64,000 bases of DNA from Verrucomicrobiia bacterium (GTDB lineage Bacteria; Verrucomicrobiota; Verrucomicrobiia; Limisphaerales; UBA11358), in NCBI GenBank assembly GCA_049280815.1, contig JBAPQW010000053.1:49413-113412 (forward strand), written 5' to 3'. Below, in pieces: positions 37,636 to 45,254 of this stretch (its first letter is position 1; every line of letters starts with the position of its first letter). The notes under the pieces are model-generated. The model saw nothing but the letters and a program-made list of their open reading frames with translations. It had not been told where the DNA came from and searched no databases. The position numbers were made by a program, and so were the translations under genes.

Positions 37636-38036
37636 TCATAGTGTGAATTCCGTTGGAGGCTGTTTTGGCCGGTACGTCCTGCTTTTTCGTTTATACTCCA
37701 GTCGTTCGGCACCGAAGTTTAGCAACAAGCCAATCTCGATGCCGGTGGCCGTGAGGTAGTTTACCAATTGCACTTCATTGGCCGGCGCAAGGGCCTGGTT
37801 TGCTTTCAGTTCGACCATGACACTTTGCTCGACGAGCATGTCGGCCGAGAATTCGCCAACGACGATGCCATCATAACGGACCATGATCGATTTTTCGCAC
37901 TCGACCCGCGACCCGGCCTTTTCCAATTCATGAGCCAAAGCTTTTTGGTAAACCGATTCCAAGAACCCGGTCCCAGCGTGGAGTGAACCTTCATCGCACA
38001 ACCGATGATCTTGCCAGTCAGTTCATGGTCTTCCAT
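37636..38036 (-). pseudogene. GxxExxY (PD-(D/E)XK-like) protein gene with a 1-bp frameshift
   Basis: MEDHELTGKIIGCAMKVHSTLGPG (frame of ORF 37806-38036) continues as FLESVYQKALAHELEKAG...VELKA...QLVNYL...GLLLNF (ORF 37636-38001). One base is missing in a G run near 37960. This could be a sequencing error. Confidence 0.75.
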
Positions 38037-38054
38037 TTTGTTAACTTTCTATTC

Positions 38055-38140
38055 GGACAGGATGCACTGGATTTACTGGATGAAAGCAATTGGGAGTTGA
38101 TTTAGAACTGTTTGCGTTCATCGGTGCCAAATCCTGTCAA
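38055..38140. repeat. unit flanking the GxxExxY gene (right copy)
   Basis: ggacaggatgcactggatttactggatgaaagcaattgggagttgatttagaactgtttgcgttcatcggtgccaaatcctgtcaa. Confidence 0.75.
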
Positions 38141-38175
38141 GTCAATTTGGTTTTGGCGGTGACTGTGGCGTTGGG

Positions 38176-38197
38176 GTAGGGCGACAGCTTGCCCTAC
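38176..38197. repeat. minimal family C hairpin
   Basis: gtagggc gacagctt gccctac. Perfect 7-bp stem. Confidence 0.7.
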
Positions 38198-38236
38198 GAT
38201 TTCACATCGCTCGCGGTCTCTGGTTTCTTGGCGCTG

Positions 38237-38310
38237 TTTGACCTGACCATCAACCCTCATCTATCAACTCTCAGCTGTTTTGCGGCCTCTGGCGTTTGCC
38301 GTAAACTACC
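38237..38310 (+). repeat. family G element, copy G1
   Basis: tttgacctgaccatcaaccctcatctatcaactctcagctgttttgcggcctctggcgtttgccgtaaactacc. Second copy at 49506-49578. Confidence 0.7.
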
Positions 38311-38553
38311 TCGAGCAAATGCAAAAGCACCCTGTTGTAGGGGTGTGAATAACTATTTATTGACAGGCTTGGAGCCGGGGGTATAACAGCAGTTAATCAG
38401 AGGAATTATAAGGAAGTGTTCGCAAGTCCGCTGACATTGCCTTGGTGGTTTGAGGTCAGGAGACCGTTTGTCATTTAAGGAGAATAAACCACCCGTTACA
38501 CGCAGAGGCTGGAAAAGAGTTCCGGGCCATCTGAAATCAGAGAAGGAAATCCT

Positions 38554-39354
38554 ATGAAATATTTGAAAACCAGCCCTTTCGCGGTCTATCCAAGATTTCA
38601 GTGTCGATTGTTTTTGGCGCTGTCGGTCATAACTGCCGCCGTTGGAGTCTCCGATCGCAGTCTGGCCCAGTCTTCCATCGTTGCCCAGCTGCCTGACGCC
38701 ACGTTTAGCCTGACAGTAACCCCCTATCAAACCGCTTCCACTCCGGGCACGTTAACCGGAATAACCAGCGAGCCGGCCGGGTTGTCGCTGACCAGCACGG
38801 CCATGATCAACCAAGGTCTGGATCCATACGTCAGCGCGAGCGTCGTTAATGTCGGCGTTAATGCAGGTTTTGGCACCAATATAATTGCTTCCTCTGCCAT
38901 CGCACAATACGAGTATTACTTCGAAATCCTGGGTGGTGCCGGAAGCACGGCCAACGTCACTATTTCTGCCTCGGGATCGGCAACCGCAGCGAATTTCTTT
39001 AGCCAGGCGACCGCCCAGTTTACTGTGGGCACCGCCTCGGGTCTTCTTATTAGCGAATACGATAATGTGACCAGCGCAACCTCGGTGCCCTTCACCATAA
39101 ATAATTCCGTTGCCGTTCCCTTAAACACTCTCGTGGCGGTCAATCTTTACACCTTTGCGTCCGATGCCGGGCCAGGCACCACCAGCAGCTATGTGGATCC
39201 GCAGATAAGCCTTGATGCGGGCCAGTCTGGTTACACCTTGCTTTTCAGCCCGAATTTTTTGCCCGTGCCGGAACCATCCGCCGGAGCAATGCTGGTACTG
39301 GGTGGCGCGTCGCTCCTTGGCGTTAGTCGTTTTCGTGGTCGATTTGCGGCATGA
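38554..39354 (+). CDS. PEP-CTERM sorting-domain protein
   Basis: ATG at 38554 preceded by agaaggaaa. Signal-like N-terminus. C-terminal LPVPEPSAGAMLVLGGASLLGVSRFRGR. Confidence 0.85.
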   Translation: MKYLKTSPFAVYPRFQCRLFLALSVITAAVGVSDRSLAQSSIVAQLPDATFSLTVTPYQTASTPGTLTGITSEPAGLSLTSTAMINQGLDPYVSASVVNVGVNAGFGTNIIASSAIAQYEYYFEILGGAGSTANVTISASGSATAANFFSQATAQFTVGTASGLLISEYDNVTSATSVPFTINNSVAVPLNTLVAVNLYTFASDAGPGTTSSYVDPQISLDAGQSGYTLLFSPNFLPVPEPSAGAMLVLGGASLLGVSRFRGRFAA

Positions 39355-39406
39355 TTTTGTGTCCGCCACCCGGTCACGTTTTGACAACAAAACTGTGATA
39401 ACCTTG

Positions 39407-39616
39407 CGGATGGTCTCCGCAACCTTGGGAAATCAATCCGCGATATTGCAAAACCTCTCCGCCACCTTGCTAAGTGGCTCAGCAATATTGATTAATGATT
39501 TTGCAATATAGAAAGATGCTTCAGCAATATTGCACATTGGTTTTGCCATATTGCCAGACGCTTCAGCCACCTTGCCAAATGATTTCGCAATATGGAAAAA
39601 TGCTTCAGCCATCTGG
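39407..39616. repeat. degenerate 21-bp tandem repeat, 10 units
   Basis: Units end ..gcaaccttg / gcgatattg / gccaccttg / gcaatattg / gcaatatag / gcaatattg / gccatattg / gccaccttg / gcaatatgg / gccatctgg at an exact 21-nt period. Core resembles the palindrome GCAATATTGC. Minus frame is an open heptad repeat (ORF 39433-39657). Confidence 0.85.
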
Positions 39617-39660
39617 CATGGCTGAGTTCTGGACGTTGATATGGCAGAATATATCAAAGC

Positions 39661-40224
39661 ATGACCACCAAAGAGACTCCTACGATAAATGGCTCTGCCG
39701 CTTCTGCGAGTCGAGCCATCGGGGCTAGGATTTTCACCTTGAATGGCGGGGCCTGGTTGATAATCGGAATTCTCAAAGGTTACGGAGTGGCACTTGAGGC
39801 CCTCTTGCCCATAGCGGCAGGCACTATAATACTATTTTTCGCCTCGCTTCGAAAATTTTGCCTGAATCGAGGCGCACATGAGGCTGAAGCAGATTCGCCA
39901 GAAAGCAAAAGGGCTGGTCGTATTTTCAACGCCGTGAATGCGATCCAATGGACTTTGGTTTTCGTCGTTTCCGTCTTGCTGTTGATATTCAAACACCCGG
40001 AGTGGATCATTCCCTCGATCATATTTATCGTGGGCATACATTTTTTCCCGCTGGCGGTCGCGTTTAAGGTTCCACGTCATTATGCCACCGGCGCAGCGAT
40101 GACGCTCTTGGCGATTTTTTATCCTGTGATGTCGGCTGCCGGTCCGACAAGTCCGGTGGGGTGCTTGGGTGCGGGAATCATCCTGTGGGCGAGTGCGGTC
40201 GCCGCATTGGTAAGACCGGCGTGA
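39661..40224 (+). CDS. membrane protein, 4-5 TM, unknown function
   Basis: ATG at 39661, 187 aa, several hydrophobic helices (WLIIGILKGYGVAL.., WTLVFVVSVLLLIF.., IIPSIIFIVGIHFFPLAVAF..). Confidence 0.7.
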   Translation: MTTKETPTINGSAASASRAIGARIFTLNGGAWLIIGILKGYGVALEALLPIAAGTIILFFASLRKFCLNRGAHEAEADSPESKRAGRIFNAVNAIQWTLVFVVSVLLLIFKHPEWIIPSIIFIVGIHFFPLAVAFKVPRHYATGAAMTLLAIFYPVMSAAGPTSPVGCLGAGIILWASAVAALVRPA

Positions 40225-40342
40225 AAATGACTGCCCTGTTTGGTTTCACAATTGAAGTGCGACAAATGAGTTGGTAGCAGGCCTCATTTGGGGGCCGGAA
40301 GCGTGGCCGGAGTCTTGGGCGATTAAACCCCGCTGTTGGTCT

Positions 40343-40425
40343 TATTTAAACATCAACCGGTTGTTCAGGCGCAGTTGCTGGTCCATTTTCTTCTGTTCAG
40401 CCTTCGGCTGGCCACGGCCCACAGA
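40343..40425 (-). repeat. family F element, copy F4
   Basis: Minus frame reads ..GRGQPKAEQKKMDQQLRLNNRLMFK*. Confidence 0.7.
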
Positions 40426-40455
40426 CCTGCCGCGACGGGCGCGAGCACGGCGGGT

Positions 40456-40568
40456 GGGCGCAGATGAAAGCAGATAATAGCATCTGTGAAAATCCGCCCG
40501 TCCTCCGTAGCAATAATGCAGGGATGGATGTTCATCTGTGGCCGAAGCCTTGGCGTTTGTCTACGCCG
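40456..40568. repeat. family A hairpin with internal insertion, plus B tail
   Basis: gggcgcagatgaaagcagataatagcatctgtgaaaatccg...ggatgttcatctgtggccgaagccttggcgtttgtc. Confidence 0.7.
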
Positions 40569-40665
40569 TCCGCGCCCGCGCGCGGGCGCAATATTCCGGC
40601 GGTCTTACCACCGGGGATCCCGCAATGCGGAACAACGCGCTGTTCCTACCAAAACCATCCAAGCC

Positions 40666-43368
40666 TTATGGCCAATCGCCGTTCCGGAATTGGAACAAAT
40701 AGCGTCCGGGCACCTGACTGCCGGTGAAAGTTTCATAAATGAGACCTTCGGTCTGATTGGAGTCCAAAAATGATCCTGGAATCCCGGAGCCATCCAGTTC
40801 AAAAGTCGCGCCGCCATTATAACTGGCATAACCAACACGAGCCGGGTATCCACCCAAGCCGTCAGAGCCTCCGCTGGCGTCTCCGGTTTCCCATTGAACC
40901 TGGTTATAGTTGAATTCCATGTCGAAATCCCCGGCGCCAATATCCGAGCGATTGATGAGCACCAGTTGAAACGAATTCAGCTTGTCAGCATGGATGCTGT
41001 AATAGCCGACATTGACCCAGTTTACGACAAAAGCCGTATGGCCATCCACCGCACCGGTTCCATAGGTGGTGACGTATGAACCGCATGCCCGGGTATCCAC
41101 ATCGGCCCAAAAGGGAGCGATGATGTCTGTATTCAGGGAGTACAGATCGGATGGCGTGTAAATAGATAACGGGCCGGAGAAAGTTATGTTGCCATTATTG
41201 TTCACGTAAAGAGAGGAATAAGAAGTGCCGAAGAAATTGAGCGCCCAGTTTAGATAGATCAGCCCGGAGGAGCCGTCGTCGTTGGCGGGCAGGAACCCCT
41301 GATAAAAGCCGGGACGAACGGCAGACTCTTTATAGTGGAATCCAATATCCACCGTGCCGATGTCCACGCTTTGATCGGGGTCCATGGTATAACCGGAAAG
41401 GCCAGCCGCGGCGGCGGTCCGGCTGCCGGCGTCCACCAACGCGGTGGAAGACGAGGCGGAGGTGGCGAGGGCAACGTATCGGTTGCCGTATGGTCCCGGC
41501 GCGTAATTCAAGGCGGTCAGGGCCACGTCCCCGACGCCATTGAGTGGGGCGGCCACGGTACTGTTGTTATTGGCGTTATGGCCAAGGGCCACATAATTGT
41601 TGTAATTTCCATCCCCGCTGAACGAAACGGCCGATCCGTCATAAAGATTGTCTTTGATGAACCAATTGGGGTGAACCGTAGCCTGGCTATCCATATAGCT
41701 CAACGCGATGCTATTGCTCCAGAAGAGGTTATTGTAGAAGGATACACTGAGGGGGCTTTGAAGCACAACGTATTGGCCCGTGCCGTAATAATAATAATAA
41801 TAACCGTTGAAAAGACCAACCGTGCAGCGCTCGAGCAAATCGTTTTGTAGCGTCACCGAGGGGCCGGGGGAGCTGCTGTTGATATAGTTACCAACGCTTA
41901 AAGCGACCTCTCGCAGCGTGCATTTCTGCATGTTTAATATGGGAAAGTAATAGTCATATCCCTGATCAAACAAGGGTTGAACCTGACCTTGCATGTCCAA
42001 AGCAACAGAGTTTAGCGTGATGATTTTCGGCGAAGATGATGAAGCAATGCTGAAAACCGCACTGCCGGCAGTGCTGACATTGTTTAAACGAACCGGCTGC
42101 TCCTGCACGGAGGGATACCAGACCAGATGAGTCATTTGGGCTGGTTGTGCTGCGACGTTTATACCGCCGCCGCCTTGCATGACAAAGCCGGAAGTTCCGT
42201 ACATCGCGACGCAAACACCACCGGTGAGGTTGACCGGCGCCGCGTACATGGCGTATTGCGAAGCCAGATAATCCAAGGGGTCATAGTGGTAGCCCAGATC
42301 CGGCGTGCAGGTGTTGCGAGGCACAAGTTGATTCCAAGTGGTCCCGGAGTACTGGTAGGCTGGCGGATTCGCGGGCGGATAGGTGGTTTTTCCCAGGAGA
42401 TCATTGGCCAAAACGCCATTAATGTTATCCGAACCAACGCCGCGAAAGCCGGTGTCCGTCAGATAATAATTGCCGGCGCCTTTCGCCTGGAATGGGTTGC
42501 CCGTGGCGATGATCTGAGTGGTGCCAAACGGCGCCACCCCGTTGTTGTAAAAGCCATTGACGTCACCCTGGATGGTCTCGTCGTAGCCGATGGGGCCGAT
42601 GAGAAAGGCGGACATATTGGCAAAGATGCAATTTTCAAAATAAAAACCGAAGGGCGCATTATTGCCCGGCGAGGTTCCCAGAAAGGCCGGGACATGATTG
42701 GTCGTCCCGGTCGTTCCGGTGAACGTCGTGTTTTCAACCAGAAAATTCACGTAGGATGGGGTGTTGAATGCGGTTTGAACTGTCGCGAAGAGCAGGTTTC
42801 CCAGATAAACGCTGCCCTGGCCGGGCACATAGATGCCATTGGCGCAGTTGACCAGCTGTCCATGAAAAAGCTGGAGCGAGAAAGAGACGGAACTGGCCGT
42901 GATGGCTTGTTGAGCGTAAGCGATGCGGAAATACGACATCGTCCAGCTCGCCGGCGGACTGTTGTAAAAGCTCAGGGCGGTGCTGGCATAATAGCCCGAA
43001 GGATTGCCGGTAGAACCGGAAATGGTATTGCCCACAGAATTGTCATCCTTGGCCGTAAAGATCACCGGATGGTACGCGGTGGCTTGGCAATTAACATTTC
43101 CAAGGTTCAATGAAGCTCCGACCGCATATTTGATCACCGCTCCGCCTTCGAAGGTGGCTGTGCCACCCAGCGTTATTGCATTGGTGACATAATAGGTGCT
43201 ATCCCCCCGAAACGTGTAGTTGTTGTAATTGACCCCGCTGCTCAACGTTACTAGTGTTGCCGGTGCGGTCGTGCCGGACATCAGTAGAACCATAATGGAG
43301 ACAGCGAATGCAAAGGCGCTTCGAACGGTGGAATGACGGCAGACGGAACGTTTAGAGGATGTTTTCAT
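40666..43368 (-). CDS. 900-aa secreted protein with beta-helix-like body and C-terminal NIDO (nidogen-like) domain
   Basis: Signal or TM N-terminus. C-terminal ~200 aa (about 40669-41270): ..LNFFGTSYSSLYVNNNGNITF...DIIAPFWADVDTR...FVVNWVNVGYY......NSFQLVLI......FDMEFNY..VQWE...., matching the NIDO pattern (IAPFWADVD). Confidence 0.8.
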   Translation of the reverse strand: MKTSSKRSVCRHSTVRSAFAFAVSIMVLLMSGTTAPATLVTLSSGVNYNNYTFRGDSTYYVTNAITLGGTATFEGGAVIKYAVGASLNLGNVNCQATAYHPVIFTAKDDNSVGNTISGSTGNPSGYYASTALSFYNSPPASWTMSYFRIAYAQQAITASSVSFSLQLFHGQLVNCANGIYVPGQGSVYLGNLLFATVQTAFNTPSYVNFLVENTTFTGTTGTTNHVPAFLGTSPGNNAPFGFYFENCIFANMSAFLIGPIGYDETIQGDVNGFYNNGVAPFGTTQIIATGNPFQAKGAGNYYLTDTGFRGVGSDNINGVLANDLLGKTTYPPANPPAYQYSGTTWNQLVPRNTCTPDLGYHYDPLDYLASQYAMYAAPVNLTGGVCVAMYGTSGFVMQGGGGINVAAQPAQMTHLVWYPSVQEQPVRLNNVSTAGSAVFSIASSSSPKIITLNSVALDMQGQVQPLFDQGYDYYFPILNMQKCTLREVALSVGNYINSSSPGPSVTLQNDLLERCTVGLFNGYYYYYYGTGQYVVLQSPLSVSFYNNLFWSNSIALSYMDSQATVHPNWFIKDNLYDGSAVSFSGDGNYNNYVALGHNANNNSTVAAPLNGVGDVALTALNYAPGPYGNRYVALATSASSSTALVDAGSRTAAAAGLSGYTMDPDQSVDIGTVDIGFHYKESAVRPGFYQGFLPANDDGSSGLIYLNWALNFFGTSYSSLYVNNNGNITFSGPLSIYTPSDLYSLNTDIIAPFWADVDTRACGSYVTTYGTGAVDGHTAFVVNWVNVGYYSIHADKLNSFQLVLINRSDIGAGDFDMEFNYNQVQWETGDASGGSDGLGGYPARVGYASYNGGATFELDGSGIPGSFLDSNQTEGLIYETFTGSQVPGRYLFQFRNGDWP

Positions 43369-43439
43369 AGTTTGATGGAAGTTATGACGTGTCCAGTCGC
43401 TTGCCCCAAGGAAAATGTGTTATCTGGCGCGGCCATCTA

Positions 43440-43811
43440 TTATCCGGCGCGGCCATTGGTTTGCCGTGAACGGACAACTTCCGTCTGGCCGTCGCTCCAA
43501 ACAAGAAATTCCGTGGGGGCGATTCCATATTGTAACTTAAACTCCCGGGAGAAATGGGAAACCTGTTTGAAACCAAGCCGAAAGGCAACGGCTTTTACCG
43601 AACGAAGTCTTTTTAGCATCCTGCCTGCCCGAACCAACCGTTGCTCGTTCAGCCAATCCTGCGGACTATATCCAAAGTTGGTCTTTGTATAACGCCGCAA
43701 TTGTCGCGGGGAGATTTTCAGCTTCCTTGATAAGAGCGGGGCGCAGTAGGTTGATTTCTCAGCCAGTTTTAGCCATTGCTGAAAATTAGTGGGACAAGCC
43801 AGCCGCGCCAT
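43440..43811 (-). CDS. AraC-family HTH protein (DNA-binding domain only)
   Basis: 123 aa. ..LSRKLKISPRQLRRYTKTNFGYSPQDWLNEQRLVRAGRMLK...VKAVAFRLGFKQVSHFSREFKLQYGIAPTEF is a double HTH of AraC/XylS type with no sensor domain. Lies 71 bp upstream of the NIDO protein gene on the same strand. Confidence 0.85.
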   Translation of the reverse strand: MARLACPTNFQQWLKLAEKSTYCAPLLSRKLKISPRQLRRYTKTNFGYSPQDWLNEQRLVRAGRMLKRLRSVKAVAFRLGFKQVSHFSREFKLQYGIAPTEFLVWSDGQTEVVRSRQTNGRAG

Positions 43812-44022
43812 AAGTGAATTTATTGGTCAAGTGACTGATGCTTATACGCGTAAACACGGTTCATCTTTCAAAAAGTTGCAGTTTTTATGCCCGGCAAGAG
43901 GATATGTTTCCTGGCGTGTCTCCACAGTTTCATCAACGATAAAGGGGCTTGACCTTTTACATCAAATGAAACAAAAACGGGTCAATCTGGAGTATTGAAA
44001 CAACTGCGGCCCAGCCTAAATC

Positions 44023-44262
44023 TTCACGTGTGAGCTGTAAAAGCTCCATCCCGACGCTTGAGCCGTTTGGGAAGTGGCGAAAGGAATTTGACCGGAGGTG
44101 AAGGCCCGCGAGGGCCGAGCGAGTGGGCACGAGCGAGTCAACATCCCGGCATGTTTACGACCATTCCGTAAATGACACGGGGCAGGAATCCGCCAGCAAC
44201 TCCAGGTCCTGCGCGACGCCGGACTGCTGCAGCACCTCGACCGTGGCCTCTGGCACCTGCCG
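44023..44262 (+). pseudogene. DpnI-family tail relic, copy R5
   Basis: FTCEL*KLHPD (gaa->taa), then the family E insertion, then ..IRQQLQVLRDAGLLQHLDRGLWHLP. Confidence 0.65.
44057..44147. repeat. family E element, second copy (inside R5)
   Basis: cttgagccgtttgggaagtggcgaaaggaatttgaccggaggtgaaggcccgcgagggccgagcgagtgggcacgagcgagtcaacatccc. Confidence 0.75.
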
Positions 44263-44309
44263 TGTACTCCTTCTTACCGCCAAGTCGCCAAGTATTGGGA
44301 AAATATATC

Positions 44310-44370
44310 AAGAAATCTCTGCGTCTCTGTGGCCAAAAACCTTGGCGTCCTCTGCGCATTGGCCGTGAAT
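44310..44370. repeat. family A half-element plus B tail
   Basis: aagaaatctctgcgtctctgtggccaaaaaccttggcgtcctctgcgcattggccgtgaat. Confidence 0.65.
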
Positions 44371-44382
44371 ACGGCTTCCGTC

Positions 44383-45078
44383 TTACCACACAAACGGGAC
44401 CAGCCGGTAGCGGATGCGTTGGCAATATTCGGAATAGCCGGGCAGGTCGCGTCGCAGATTTATTTCCTCGTTGAGCAATCGGAGAACAAGGATTGGGACC
44501 ATGAGCGCAACCACGGGCAGCGCAACCAACGAGCCGAGCGCCAGCGGCAACCAGAGCCAGATGAGCAGCGAGACGGAATACATAGGATGTCGCACGAGGC
44601 GGTAAGGACCCTGGTCGGCGACGGTCTGGCCGGCCTCGACTTGAATGATGCTTGCGGCAAAGCGGTTGGCATTGCAAACCGGAATAAGCAATAGATAACT
44701 TCCGGCATAGAGGAGCAAAGCCAGCGTCGTCAACCACCACGGCACGGGCACCAAACTGGTTCGCGACCAGCCAAAGCGATTATCCAAGCCGCACAACAGA
44801 TAGAAAATAACGGAGACGTTTTTTAAAAGGAACATGATGAATTTTTGCGTGCCGATTTTTTCCTTGCGCAGCAGCCGGCGGGCGAGGAATTGGGGATCGC
44901 GTTTATAAAAATAAGCGCAAAAGAGAATCATGACGGCGAGATTTACGGCCATAAACGCCCAGCCTTGCCAGAATTTCAAAGTGCCGGGGACAAACAAAAG
45001 AACCGTCAGCACGATCTGGCCGACCAAACCCCAGCCGATCAGTCGCCACATGAGGCTTTTGGTTGGTGGATTTTCCAA
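44383..45078 (-). CDS. isoprenylcysteine carboxyl methyltransferase (ICMT/PEMT-like) family membrane methyltransferase
   Basis: Polytopic. GPYRLVRHPMYSVSLLIWLWLPLALGS and ..EEINLRRDLPGYSEYCQRIRYRLVPFVW are typical family motifs. The start at 45078 is TTG; alternative ATG at 45051. Confidence 0.85.
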   Translation of the reverse strand: MENPPTKSLMWRLIGWGLVGQIVLTVLLFVPGTLKFWQGWAFMAVNLAVMILFCAYFYKRDPQFLARRLLRKEKIGTQKFIMFLLKNVSVIFYLLCGLDNRFGWSRTSLVPVPWWLTTLALLLYAGSYLLLIPVCNANRFAASIIQVEAGQTVADQGPYRLVRHPMYSVSLLIWLWLPLALGSLVALPVVALMVPILVLRLLNEEINLRRDLPGYSEYCQRIRYRLVPFVW

Positions 45079-45149
45079 TCGCCGCAGGTTGCCATTTTTG
45101 GCGCTGCGTTGCCAGCAGCTTCAACTCGTGCTCGGTGCAGCAGCTTGGT

Positions 45150-45251
45150 CTATTTAAACATCAACCGGTTGTTCAGGCGCATTTGCCGGTACATTTTCTT
45201 CTGTTCGGATTGCGGCTGTCCATTCATTGCCGCTAACATGTCCAGCAACAT
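45150..45251 (-). repeat. family F element, copy F5, intact 33-codon mini-ORF
   Basis: ATG at 45251: MLLDMLAAMNGQPQSEQKKMYRQMRLNNRLMFK*, beginning 4 nt after the stop of the upstream gene. Confidence 0.7.
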
Positions 45252-45254
45252 TTT

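Noticed and set aside
39407-39616. Possible CRISPR array
   Set aside because: The units are contiguous 21-mers with no spacers, are degenerate, and no cas genes are nearby. It is reported as a tandem repeat instead.
42127-43113. 328-aa ORF on the + strand
   Set aside because: It is antisense to the 900-aa NIDO-domain protein gene.
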